This document shows, piece by piece, positions 40,521 to 50,113 of a stretch of DNA of 64,000 nucleotides. The notes below the pieces were generated by a model. That model worked only from the letters and a program-made list of their open reading frames with translations. It did not search any database and was not told the DNA's origin. The position numbers were made by a program, and so were the translations under genes. This DNA is from Candidatus Doudnabacteria bacterium (lineage in GTDB: Bacteria; Patescibacteriota; Doudnabacteria; UBA920). The stretch lies in contig CAVYGQ010000002.1 of NCBI GenBank assembly GCA_963768175.1, forward strand, positions 7,270-71,269. The letters run 5' to 3'. Every line of letters starts with the position of its first letter. Positions within the stretch are counted from its first letter, which is position 1.

Positions 40521-40648
40521 AGGTATAATAAATAGGTAATGAACAAAAATGACAAAAATTAAAAAAATGAGCAAAAATTAAAAAATCCGGTATTTTCGCC
40601 GTTTTTGTGATTAAAACATCCCTTTTGAAATAAAATTTATCTCCAATA

Positions 40649-41389
40649 ATGCTAAAAGTTAAAAACAGAAAATTATCCTATAATAATCTTGGCTTTACCC
40701 TTATCGAGCTGATGACCGTTATCACAATCATGGTCATTTTGGCTGCGGTTATGATTATTAATTTGGCCGGCCAGCGGACCAGCCGTGACCTGAACATTGC
40801 GGAAAACCAGCTGGTCAGCTATATTAGGCAGGCGCAGAGTTATACTTTATCTGCCAGAATTTTGCCTAACGGCCAGGCGGTCCAGTTTTATGTACTTAAG
40901 TTTGATTTGTCAAACCCCACCCAGTATACCCTTGAGGCCATATACAACGTCAGCTCAAGCCCGCAGTTAACAGACATCCAGACCATAAATTTGCCAGCGA
41001 ATATTCAAATTGCGGCCATCACTCCCGGCGCTTACCCCATAGTTATTGACCGTACTGCTGCCGGCGACACTTTTTACACTTCCGCCGGAATCTCAACACC
41101 ATTGCAAACGATTGCCGCTGGTGGCTGCGCGCTTCTAGCTTTTGCTGCGCCTTTTGCAAAGGTAATTTTTAACGGCGAATGCAACCAGCAGAACTGGGAT
41201 CCAAACAACGATGACTATGAAAAAATCGTCAACTTCCAGACTAACGTTATTTGTAACAGTTTTAACGTTCCGCAAACCTGCAGCGCCAGCACCGATTCGC
41301 TTATGAGTATTACCCTTAGCGATTCGGGGGGAACCATTTCTAAAACCGTGACCGTTAACGCCATTACCGGAGCGGTATCATTTAATTAA
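40649..41389 (+). CDS. pseudopilin / minor pilin
   Basis: N-terminal GFTLIELMTVITIMVILA prepilin-type methylation motif. Confidence 0.6.
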   Translation: MLKVKNRKLSYNNLGFTLIELMTVITIMVILAAVMIINLAGQRTSRDLNIAENQLVSYIRQAQSYTLSARILPNGQAVQFYVLKFDLSNPTQYTLEAIYNVSSSPQLTDIQTINLPANIQIAAITPGAYPIVIDRTAAGDTFYTSAGISTPLQTIAAGGCALLAFAAPFAKVIFNGECNQQNWDPNNDDYEKIVNFQTNVICNSFNVPQTCSASTDSLMSITLSDSGGTISKTVTVNAITGAVSFN

Positions 41390-41391
41390 AA

Positions 41392-42141
41392 ATGAAGCTA
41401 AAAGGACAGAAAAAAATATATTCAGCAGGACAGACCTTAATTGAAACTCTGGCCGCGGTTTTTATTTTGGCAATGGGCATAACCGCCGCTGTTGGCCTGG
41501 CTATTTACGCTTATAATACTTCCGGCGGCGTTGTTAAACAAATTATTGCTACCGGCCTGGCCCGGGAAGGCCTGGAGGCGGTCAGGAACATGAGAGACTT
41601 AAATTGGCTGCAGGATACTTTAGTGACAAACGGCTGTTATGATTTTGTCAGCGGCCTGGAAGAAGCAAGTTGTTATAAGAATTGGCTCGGCACAAGTTCC
41701 AGCGGCGGCAGCAGTTTGCCTTACTGTATTAATCCGAGTTCCGGAACCAGCGGTTGTGACGGAGCTGTAGCCACGGCAAACTATTCCTTGGGCTACAATG
41801 CCTTTTCAAGTGCTAGTACGCTATGGTCTTTACAAAGGCAAACCACGCCGAATTATGGGATGACTTTTGACCCAAGCAACAGCACCAATGGCTTTTATAC
41901 TTCAAACGGCGCCACTAGCTGTGCCAACGGCGCCGGTATGTCCGATTATTGCCGAAAAATTGTAATTACCAAAATTAGCAATCAGGCGCCTTATAACCAA
42001 GACGACGGCCCGCTTTTGGAAGTCCAGTCACAAGTCTGGTGGGTGGACAGAAATTGCCCCAGAGCTTCCGATTTTTCCGGCGCTCCGGTGACCTGCAGGG
42101 TGGAGCTTGATACCTACCTTACGAACTGGAAAAATTTCTAA
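41392..42141 (+). CDS. minor pilin (PilV-like)
   Basis: N-terminal AGQTLIETLAAVFILAMGI hydrophobic helix. Confidence 0.5.
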   Translation: MKLKGQKKIYSAGQTLIETLAAVFILAMGITAAVGLAIYAYNTSGGVVKQIIATGLAREGLEAVRNMRDLNWLQDTLVTNGCYDFVSGLEEASCYKNWLGTSSSGGSSLPYCINPSSGTSGCDGAVATANYSLGYNAFSSASTLWSLQRQTTPNYGMTFDPSNSTNGFYTSNGATSCANGAGMSDYCRKIVITKISNQAPYNQDDGPLLEVQSQVWWVDRNCPRASDFSGAPVTCRVELDTYLTNWKNF

Positions 42142-42224
42142 GCGCTGCAAGAATTGTTAAATTGATTCATTGTTATATTGTTGTTTTCTTACAATGTAAC
42201 AATAAAGCTGTCATCAGGTAGTTT

Positions 42225-42602
42225 ATGGAAAAGAAGTATCTGCAACTTAACGATATTGACTGTTATAAAATCGCATTTAATTTATCTAATTATGTTTGGA
42301 ATCTAGTTATTACTTGGGATTATTTTCCAAAAGATACTGTTGGCAAGCAATTTGTTAAAGCTGTTGATTCCATATCCGCAAATATTGCCGAAGGATTCGG
42401 GAGATTTGGGAAAAAAGATAAAATACATTTTTATTATTATAGTTTTGGATCATTAAAAGAATCATTGGATTGGAATGAGAAAGCGAAAATTAGGAAGTTA
42501 CTTATTCAAGAACAGTACCTTTATATTTTTACTGAGCTTAATAAACTTCCTAAATCTATACACCAGTTAATCCAGTATACCAATCTTAAACTGAAACAAT
42601 GA
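42225..42602 (+). CDS. four-helix-bundle protein (TIGR02436, formerly named 23S rRNA intervening-sequence protein)
   Basis: Sequence pattern ...AFNLSNYVWNL...KAVDSISANIAEGFGRF.... Confidence 0.65.
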   Translation: MEKKYLQLNDIDCYKIAFNLSNYVWNLVITWDYFPKDTVGKQFVKAVDSISANIAEGFGRFGKKDKIHFYYYSFGSLKESLDWNEKAKIRKLLIQEQYLYIFTELNKLPKSIHQLIQYTNLKLKQ

Positions 42603-43339
42603 AGCAATATAACAATAAAACAATTTTATCAGAGCAAAATGGCTTTACCCTGATGGAAATAATGGTTGCCACCGTAATTTTTGCCATGGTAACGGTGTCT
42701 TTGCTGTCTTTGTTCAATTATGTTTTAAAAATTAACCGCCGCGGCGAAGCCCTAAGGCAGGCTTCCCAGGATTCCCGCGATTTTGTGGAATTTTTGGTCA
42801 AGGAAATCCGCAACGGGCAGATTGACTATTATGTATACAATGGTTTTTATGGGTCCTTTATTAATGGCGACAACAGTAAGCCTTGCGGTCCGCCCACTAC
42901 CCCCGGAAATCCTGTCGTCTCCACAGACAACCCCACCTATTGGCCAAAAAGCAATTGGCTCGGAATTATTAATACGGACAATGTTCAAGAGTGTTTTTAT
43001 TATGCTAAGGCCGACGGGATTACCTACGTAGATACTGTCGGAAGTAATCCCAGTACTTTTAACTCCGCAGGCGGGGGCAACGCTTTAGTTTTGGAAAAGC
43101 AGGGCATTACATCGGTACAAAAGCTAAATCCGCCCAACTCGCGCATAGATAATCTAATGTTTTTAATTCGTCCGCTAACAGACCCTTATACCACCACTAC
43201 GCCCGGAGGCTTGGCTAAAATCCAGCCCAGTGTCGTGATTATAATTAAGTTTGTTGTCCAATTGCCAACCGGCGAGCAGGTGCCGATATATTATCAAACA
43301 GCGGTGTCCGAAAACAAGTATGATATCCCGAATCACTAA
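42599..43339 (+). CDS. pseudopilin
   Basis: N-terminal NGFTLMEIMVATVIFAMV. Confidence 0.55.
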   Translation: MKQYNNKTILSEQNGFTLMEIMVATVIFAMVTVSLLSLFNYVLKINRRGEALRQASQDSRDFVEFLVKEIRNGQIDYYVYNGFYGSFINGDNSKPCGPPTTPGNPVVSTDNPTYWPKSNWLGIINTDNVQECFYYAKADGITYVDTVGSNPSTFNSAGGGNALVLEKQGITSVQKLNPPNSRIDNLMFLIRPLTDPYTTTTPGGLAKIQPSVVIIIKFVVQLPTGEQVPIYYQTAVSENKYDIPNH

Positions 43340-43359
43340 ACCCCGCGCCACTTTTTAAT

Positions 43360-44658
43360 ATGTATGCTAAAATTATGTTTTTATTAAACAATAAAAGTAA
43401 AAAGCTATTTTTACCTAAACTACAAAAAGTGGCGCGGGGTAAAATCACAAATCACACCCCAGCCATCCGGCGGGGTGGCACGTCGAATGACCGTGCCAAA
43501 TCACTAATCACAAACCCCCAAGCCGGGGTTACCTTGCTTTTGGCGATATTGATTTTAGCTTCTGTCTTGGCTATTAGTTTTAGCCTGGCGACGATTATGT
43601 TTATAGAAGTAAGGGATTCCGGAGATTTGCTAAAAACCGAACCGGCGCTTTATGCCGCTACCGGGGTAGGCGAGCAGGCTTTTTTTAACTTGGAAAGGCA
43701 TATTTGCACAAACGGCTGTTCTTACACTACAAGTTTTCCCAATAACGTAGCTATAAACGGCCCCCCTACCGTACTTTCTACTTCAACGCCTATATTTGTC
43801 GCCAAGGTTAAGGCCGGGGCAACTTTTGGCAATACGTTAAATAAGTATGATTTTTGTAATGCCGCTGCCGGAGCGTCGGGGTGTTATTATGGAAAAGTAA
43901 TCGTCAATTATATTACGACCAATAGTAATCCGACTGGTACCCTCCATGTTTATTTATGTCAATTTAATCCGTATTTAACAGGCTCATCAGGTTATACAAC
44001 CACTCCGTGCACAGTAGCAAGCAGTACCCAGCCTTATTGGGACGACCCAGACGGCGGTATTACAGATTCCGACGGTGGCGTTTCCATGTATTCGGGGGGT
44101 AACAATAGCTCCGATTCCTGGACTTTAACTCCCAGTTGGCAGCAGCAATTAATTTTAACCAATCCCGGCACTCAAGGCGATATTTATGTACAAATACAGA
44201 CTTACGCCGATCAGCTTGGCACTATTGGCAAGGGCTTGCCTTATGTGGGGCAAACTGTCGTGGATATTAATACCTTAAACGCGGCGGTAGGCAGGAAGAT
44301 TCAAGTAATAGTTCCTAACTCATCCTCCTCTTTTGTGGCCACGAGCTCCGTTGCTACCCAATTTTTAGTTGCGGCTCCGGGTATAGCAACCGCCGGAAGC
44401 CCATTTAGTAATCTTTTGGTTGAGGCCACGGATAGCAACAATAACGTTATTACCAATTATTCTGGAACGGTGCATTTTACCAGCACGGATGGTACGGCAA
44501 CTTTGCCGGCTAACTCAACTTTAACCAACGGAACCGGCACCTTTTCGGCAACCCTTAATACTGCCGGCACCCAAACCATTACAGTAACCGATACCGCAAC
44601 TTCTTCAATTAGAGGAACCTCAAATTCAATTACAGTTAACCTAGCTAGTAAGCATTAA
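43360..44658 (+). CDS. PilX-like minor pilin N-terminus plus Ig-like (Big_2-type) domain; probably the 5' part of a longer gene continued in 44645..45679; true start likely downstream of 43360
   Basis: PilX_N-like QAGVTLLLAILILASVLAISFSLA. C-terminal ...TQTITVTDTATSSIRGTSNSITV is an Ig-like strand pattern. Confidence 0.45.
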   Translation: MYAKIMFLLNNKSKKLFLPKLQKVARGKITNHTPAIRRGGTSNDRAKSLITNPQAGVTLLLAILILASVLAISFSLATIMFIEVRDSGDLLKTEPALYAATGVGEQAFFNLERHICTNGCSYTTSFPNNVAINGPPTVLSTSTPIFVAKVKAGATFGNTLNKYDFCNAAAGASGCYYGKVIVNYITTNSNPTGTLHVYLCQFNPYLTGSSGYTTTPCTVASSTQPYWDDPDGGITDSDGGVSMYSGGNNSSDSWTLTPSWQQQLILTNPGTQGDIYVQIQTYADQLGTIGKGLPYVGQTVVDINTLNAAVGRKIQVIVPNSSSSFVATSSVATQFLVAAPGIATAGSPFSNLLVEATDSNNNVITNYSGTVHFTSTDGTATLPANSTLTNGTGTFSATLNTAGTQTITVTDTATSSIRGTSNSITVNLASKH

Positions 44659-45679
44659 CGGTTTTGCCCATCGCCGGTCAATTGCCATAAATGGCGCTAA
44701 GGTCAGCCAGATTAGCGGTACTACGCTAGGCAATTTTCCGGTGCTGGTCAGCACAACCAGCGACGCCAGTTTAGAAACTGTGGCCAATGGCGGGCATGTG
44801 CAAAACAGCAACGGCTACGACATTGTTTTTACCAGCGATTCCGGATGCTCTAACAACCTGGCTTGGGAAGTGGAGAATTATAATCCATCTACCGGCGAGT
44901 TGGAAGCTTGGGTAAAAGTAACCTCGTTGTCTACTAGCGGTTTAACTTTTTATATGTGTTACGGCAAGTCAAGCATATCCACCTTCCAGTCCACGGCTTC
45001 AGCGGTTTGGGACAGCAATTATGTGGGCATTTACCATTTGGGACAAAATAAGGCCCTGTCTTTAAGCGATTCAACTTCCAACGGTTATACCCTTACTAAC
45101 CACAATAGCGCAGTGGCGACAACTAGCCCGTTTGGGACAGGGGCGTATTTCAACCATACAGGTTCGCAATATCTTGAAAGCACGAGTTTTGCTATGTCAG
45201 GAACTCCTGACTATACATTTTCTTATTGGGAGGACACCCCCACCTCTACCGTTCAGCAGAGCGCTTTTGGGTTTGTAAATTGCGCCGGTTATTCGGGGTG
45301 CCGTTTCCAGGCTCATTCGCCTTATTCTGACAACTATATCTATTTTGATGCCGGTTTTTATGATACTCCAGGCAGAATTAGCATAAGTTATCCTGCCCAA
45401 AATGTCTGGGATTATATTACCCTTGTTAAAAAGGGGGACAACACCTATAAGGCAATTTATAAAAATGGCACTGTTGCCACTTCACAAACCACAGGCGCGA
45501 CCTCAACATCCGTATCCGACCTGACTATAGGTGAATGGGGCAACAATTATTATATGTTAGCGAGCCTCGCGGAGTTCAGAGTGTCCAAAACTGTCCGCAG
45601 TGCCGACTGGATTAATACCGAATATAATAACCAAAGCTCGCCTTCTACTTTTGATCCGGTTGGGGCTGAAAATCCGTAG
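44645..45679 (+). CDS. DUF2341 / LamG-like domain protein; no canonical start for its conserved N-terminal part (possible frameshifted continuation of the upstream ORF)
   Basis: FAHRRSIAINGAKVSQISGTTLGNFPVLVS...GYDIVFT...LAWEVENY...EAWVKV...FYMCYGK matches the start of a DUF2341 domain. The only in-frame start is GTG 44741, which would truncate the domain. Confidence 0.45.
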   Translation, partial: LVSINGFAHRRSIAINGAKVSQISGTTLGNFPVLVSTTSDASLETVANGGHVQNSNGYDIVFTSDSGCSNNLAWEVENYNPSTGELEAWVKVTSLSTSGLTFYMCYGKSSISTFQSTASAVWDSNYVGIYHLGQNKALSLSDSTSNGYTLTNHNSAVATTSPFGTGAYFNHTGSQYLESTSFAMSGTPDYTFSYWEDTPTSTVQQSAFGFVNCAGYSGCRFQAHSPYSDNYIYFDAGFYDTPGRISISYPAQNVWDYITLVKKGDNTYKAIYKNGTVATSQTTGATSTSVSDLTIGEWGNNYYMLASLAEFRVSKTVRSADWINTEYNNQSSPSTFDPVGAENP

Positions 45680-45705
45680 CCTTGTTATAGCAAAAGCCAA
45701 ACGTT

Positions 45706-45745
45706 AAAAAACCCCGCCCCGTCGGATGACGGGGCGGGGTAAAAT
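45706..45745. terminator. bidirectional terminator hairpin CCCCGCCCCGTC-GGAT-GACGGGGCGGGG between convergent genes
   Basis: Perfect 12-bp stem with A-run and T-run flanks. Same stem and loop as the terminator at 2063. Confidence 0.65.
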
Positions 45746-45750
45746 TTATT

Positions 45751-46143
45751 TTATTTGGGGATATTTATTGTCTGGCCGGGTTTAAGGATAAACGGGCTTT
45801 TTATATTGTTTAAGGTTGCCAGCGTAGTCCAGTCAATATTAAATTTTTGGCTGATGTTAAACAGGGTATCGCCTTTTTGCACCGTGTAGGCCGTAAACTG
45901 CACGCCGCTTTGGCTGCCGGGCTGTTTAATGTCGCTAGCCCCCAAAACCTGGGGGTTTTGTGAATTCCCGCCCGCCTGATTTTTGTCTTTAAGCACCAAT
46001 CTAAAAGCGTTAACCGTCAGCGCCAGGGCTAAAATTAGACAAATTATAGCGGAATATTTAAGAATTTGGTTTTGGGAATAGCCCCTGCCAACGCCGAGTT
46101 TAAGCCGTGGAGAAAGTTCAAATTTTTTGTTTCTTAAGGCCAT
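45751..46143 (-). CDS. LysM-domain membrane-anchored protein
   Basis: C-terminal YTVQKGDTLFNISQKFNIDWTTLATLNNI...PGQTINIP LysM motif. N-terminal TM. Confidence 0.7.
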   Translation of the reverse strand: MALRNKKFELSPRLKLGVGRGYSQNQILKYSAIICLILALALTVNAFRLVLKDKNQAGGNSQNPQVLGASDIKQPGSQSGVQFTAYTVQKGDTLFNISQKFNIDWTTLATLNNIKSPFILKPGQTINIPK

Positions 46144-46437
46144 TGAACTGGGAGATTTTGAAAGAATTTTAGTTTATTTCTAAACGTTCAAGTTTATCAA
46201 GCACCAGTTTTTGATGTAAAGTAAAAAATCTGTTTGTCATGGTGGAAACTACTTTTTTAGAAAAGTCATAAAACTTTTCAAAAGGTGGTGCTGGATTTAT
46301 TTTACCATAATTTGCGCGATTTGGCGCTGTGGATAAACCCAGCACCACTTTTCGGCTTTGAAAAGTGGTGCTGGGTAAACCTCTTGTTATCAAAAGCATT
46401 CAAAAATGCTATAATAATAAGGTATTTAAGCAAATTT

Positions 46438-48486
46438 ATGGTCAAAAATGAAGCAAAAAACCGAATAGAAAAATTGCGGGAACAAATAGAAGATTTGCGT
46501 TATCGTTACCATGTTTTAGACGACCCTAAGGTTACCGACGACATTTACGAATCCCTCCAAAGGGAGCTAAAAGCATTGGAAGAACAATACCCGGAATTTA
46601 AAGATGAATTTTCCCCGACCAACCGTGTAGCCGGCAAGCCGCTGGATAAATTTGTAAAAGTTAAGCATGACGTGCGCATGCTGTCTTTGAACGACGTATT
46701 TTCCAAAGAGGAATTTAGGGATTGGTCAAAAAGGATGGAAAAGATTTTAGATGGCATTAAGACCAGAGAAAAAACTTCTTATTTTGCCGAAATAAAATTT
46801 GATGGTTTGGCTGTATCATTAATTTATGAAAATGGTAACTTTATAAGTGGAGCTACAAGGGGTGACGGATTCATTGGAGAGGATATTACTCAAAATTTAA
46901 GAACTATCCAATCAGTTCCTTTAAAATTGCGGCAGCCATTTCCTGAATTTATAGAAATTCGTGGCGAGGCTATTATGAGTAAAAAAGTTTTAAAGTATTT
47001 GAATACAAAATACGAAAAAGAAGGGAAGCCGCTTTTAGCTAACACCCGGAATGCGGCAGCGGGCAGCCTGCGGCAACTTGATTCAAGCTTAACGGCAGAG
47101 AGAAGATTAGAATTTTACGCTTATGATATACCCAACAATCCAAAAGTCCCGGGATTGATTAACGACCACAGGTTTAATCCTTCGAATACGCATTCGGGAT
47201 TACATAAGAAACTTATAGATTTAGGTTTTAAAACACTGCCAACCTATGAGTATAAGTCTGAAAGCTTGGAAGAGATTGAAAAATTTATAGATAAAATTGA
47301 AAAGTTGAGACCAGGATTTCCTTTTGGTACTGATGGGGTGGTTGTCTCTATCGACCAATTAGCTTTTCAAATTATTTTAGGCGTAGTAGGCAAGGCGCCG
47401 CGATACATGGTGGCGTATAAATATCCTGCTGAAAAGGCCACAACCGTTATTAAAGAAATAAAATTTAACGTCGGCCGGACCGGCGTACTTACTCCGTTGG
47501 CAATTTTTGAGCCGACTTTGGTAGCCGGCTCCACTATTGGCAAAGCAACTTTGCACAACATCGACCAGATCAACAGGCTTGATGTCAGAGTGGGAGATAC
47601 CGTGGTTATCCAAAAGGCGGGCGATGTTATTCCGGAGGTGGTGGAGGTTTTACCGAAAATGCGTACGGGAAAAGAGAAAAAAGTGTCGGTGCCCAAGAGT
47701 TGTCCAGTCTGCGGCAGCGAGGTGCAGCAGAGGTCAACCGGAGCCAAAGAATCGCCCTCTGTTGCCTATTACTGTGCCAACCCCAAATGCCCGGCCAAAA
47801 ACCGCCGGTTTATGCAGCATTTTGTCAGCGTGCTGGAAATTTACGAAATCGGCCCAAAAATTTTGGACCGTTTCCAGCAGGAAGGTTTAATTTCCGATGC
47901 GGCGGACATTTTTAGTTTGAAAGCTGAAGATATAAAGGATCTGGAACGGTTTGGCGAAAAATCCGCCGAGAATATTATAGCATCCATCAGCCAGCATAAA
48001 CATGTCAGCCTGTCGCGCTTTATTTATTCTTTGGGCATTTTGCACGTGGGGGAGCAGACCGCGGAAGATCTGGCTGAGCATTTTGGCAGTTTAAAAAAGT
48101 TGATGGACGCGCCGCTGGATGAAATCAACTTCATCGAAAATATTGGCGATGTTGTGGCTCAAAGCGTATATGGCTATTTTCGCCGTAAGGAAAATTTAAA
48201 ATTTATCGGTAAACTGATAAAGAACGGGGTCAAGATCCGCCACGAGCGCAAAAAATCGGGTAAGCTTACCGGAAAGACCTTTGCGATTACCGGTACACTG
48301 GAAAATCTTTCGCGGGATGAGGCCAAGAAGAAAATTAAAGAGCTGGGGGGCAAAACATCGGAGAGTGTTTCTAAACAGACGTCTTGCGTAGTGGTTGGCC
48401 GGGATCCTGGATCCAAATATGACAAAGCCATAAAGTTGGGCGTGGAAATTTTAGACGAGAAAAAGTTTTTAGAGTTGGTCGGATAA
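46438..48486 (+). CDS. ligA: NAD-dependent DNA ligase
   Basis: Adenylation motif EIKFDGLA, OB fold, Zn finger CPVCGS...C..C, HhH and BRCT domains. ORF opens at 46285; ATG 46438 preferred. Confidence 0.9.
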   Translation: MVKNEAKNRIEKLREQIEDLRYRYHVLDDPKVTDDIYESLQRELKALEEQYPEFKDEFSPTNRVAGKPLDKFVKVKHDVRMLSLNDVFSKEEFRDWSKRMEKILDGIKTREKTSYFAEIKFDGLAVSLIYENGNFISGATRGDGFIGEDITQNLRTIQSVPLKLRQPFPEFIEIRGEAIMSKKVLKYLNTKYEKEGKPLLANTRNAAAGSLRQLDSSLTAERRLEFYAYDIPNNPKVPGLINDHRFNPSNTHSGLHKKLIDLGFKTLPTYEYKSESLEEIEKFIDKIEKLRPGFPFGTDGVVVSIDQLAFQIILGVVGKAPRYMVAYKYPAEKATTVIKEIKFNVGRTGVLTPLAIFEPTLVAGSTIGKATLHNIDQINRLDVRVGDTVVIQKAGDVIPEVVEVLPKMRTGKEKKVSVPKSCPVCGSEVQQRSTGAKESPSVAYYCANPKCPAKNRRFMQHFVSVLEIYEIGPKILDRFQQEGLISDAADIFSLKAEDIKDLERFGEKSAENIIASISQHKHVSLSRFIYSLGILHVGEQTAEDLAEHFGSLKKLMDAPLDEINFIENIGDVVAQSVYGYFRRKENLKFIGKLIKNGVKIRHERKKSGKLTGKTFAITGTLENLSRDEAKKKIKELGGKTSESVSKQTSCVVVGRDPGSKYDKAIKLGVEILDEKKFLELVG

Positions 48487-48496
48487 TACTTGTATA

Positions 48497-50113
48497 ATGA
48501 GATCGGAATCGGAAAATTTTTACCGTAATTTTAAAAGCGGGTTAAAGCGGTTTCTGTCCCGATTTGACATTGCTCTTATAGCCCTTTTGGCTTTTGGGCT
48601 GCGGATGGTGCATTTTTTAACCGCCAGTTACGGCGTGACCGGCGAGGTTTTCCGGGATATGACGATAATCTATAATTTTGTGTTTTTGCACCAATGGCCG
48701 CTGCTTGGACCCTCCTCTTCCCTGGGAGGTTTTTATTTTGGGGCGGCGTATTACTATCTTCTCACTCCTTTCGTGGTTATGTTTAACTTTGCCCCTTACG
48801 GGGCGACTTTTGCCAGCGTATTTTTTTCGACTTTGCAGGTAGTGGTTTTGTACTATTTGATAAGGTTATGGTTTAATAACCGCGCTTGGGCCGCTTTAGC
48901 CGCTTTGGCTTCGGCCATTTGCCTGTTTGACATCCAATTTGCCTATTATGCCTCCAACCCGAATTTTCTGCCTTTTTTTATTGTTTGCTTTTTTTATTTG
49001 CTCACCTTGGCCAAGCAGAAAAAATTCGCCTGGCCGTACGCTTTGCTTTTGGGTTTAGATATTGGCATTGTTACCCAACTGCACGCTACCGCCCTGCTTG
49101 CCGTACCGGCGATTTTAATTTTATTTTTATTAATCAGAAAAGCAAGAATCCCCCTAAAAAGCTTTTTTACTGGCTTTATGGCGATTGTTTTTACCTATTT
49201 GCCTTACTTGATTTACGAATTCCACCACCGCCTGCAAAATGCCAAGGGGATTGCGCATTTGGGCGAGGCAAGTTTTGGCTTAAGCATAAATTTTTTTTCG
49301 CTTCAGCGTCTTATAGAATTTTGGAGCAATCTGTTTTTAGTCCGCGTTGATTTTTTTAATGTCTACGATATTTATGGCTCGGCAGCCATAGTCTTGTTAG
49401 GTTTAACCATCCTATTGCTATTTGCTTCGTACTTTGGCTATAAACCGGCTTTTAAAATTTATCCAGCACCTTCCAAAATACCCCGCAACTCTACAACTGG
49501 GATGAGTAATTTAAAAGAGTCTTCTTGTGGAGCTGAATACTCCGTAGGAAGGTGCTGGATTTATTGGCAAGAGGTTGCAAACAGCGACGGCGCTTTGCTG
49601 ATAGTTCTTTGGTTAAGCGTGGCCTCGTTTATGTTTTTTTTCTTCCAAAAGCGGGCCCAGTTTTTTTATTTTTTAGTGCTATGGCCGCTGCCGGCTATTG
49701 TGTTTTCCTGGTTTTTGGTCCGGCTTTTGGCCGTTTCCAAAAAAGCGTTTATCCTGGTTTTGGTTTGGTTTATACTGCTTCAGGCCATGCAGTTAAGTTA
49801 TTTTTACGGGCATATAAGCAACAAAACTTTAAGCCATCGCAACGTTCAAAATTTACTGCAAAGCATTGCCACTCGGGCACAGGGCGAAGAGTTTTCTATT
49901 ATTAATAATTTTTTTGACCCGACGACCTTTCATTATTATTTGTTGTTAAACCATTTGGAGCAAACCCAGCAGCGGTATAACCCGGGTTATATTTTTTTGA
50001 TTTCCCCGAGCGACGGCTCCGGCAATGTTACGGTCAATATTCAAGAATATAATAAAATAAACCAAGAGCAGCTAAACGATTTAATGCTTACGGAATACCA
50101 AAAGAATAAATAA
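48497..50113 (+). CDS. polytopic membrane GT-C-like protein (paralog of 20415..21638) carrying an in-frame palindromic insertion
   Basis: Shares YYYLLTPFV...YYASNPNFLPFF with the paralog. About 14 TM helices. Confidence 0.45.
   Translation: MRSESENFYRNFKSGLKRFLSRFDIALIALLAFGLRMVHFLTASYGVTGEVFRDMTIIYNFVFLHQWPLLGPSSSLGGFYFGAAYYYLLTPFVVMFNFAPYGATFASVFFSTLQVVVLYYLIRLWFNNRAWAALAALASAICLFDIQFAYYASNPNFLPFFIVCFFYLLTLAKQKKFAWPYALLLGLDIGIVTQLHATALLAVPAILILFLLIRKARIPLKSFFTGFMAIVFTYLPYLIYEFHHRLQNAKGIAHLGEASFGLSINFFSLQRLIEFWSNLFLVRVDFFNVYDIYGSAAIVLLGLTILLLFASYFGYKPAFKIYPAPSKIPRNSTTGMSNLKESSCGAEYSVGRCWIYWQEVANSDGALLIVLWLSVASFMFFFFQKRAQFFYFLVLWPLPAIVFSWFLVRLLAVSKKAFILVLVWFILLQAMQLSYFYGHISNKTLSHRNVQNLLQSIATRAQGEEFSIINNFFDPTTFHYYLLLNHLEQTQQRYNPGYIFLISPSDGSGNVTVNIQEYNKINQEQLNDLMLTEYQKNK

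Noticed and set aside
33251-40595. Possible CRISPR array suggested by recurring TGACAAAAA-type repeats
   Set aside because: The repeats are inverted, not direct. Spacing is 0.5-3 kb and they are interleaved with pil genes, with no short unique spacers and no cas genes. They are intergenic inverted-repeat elements.
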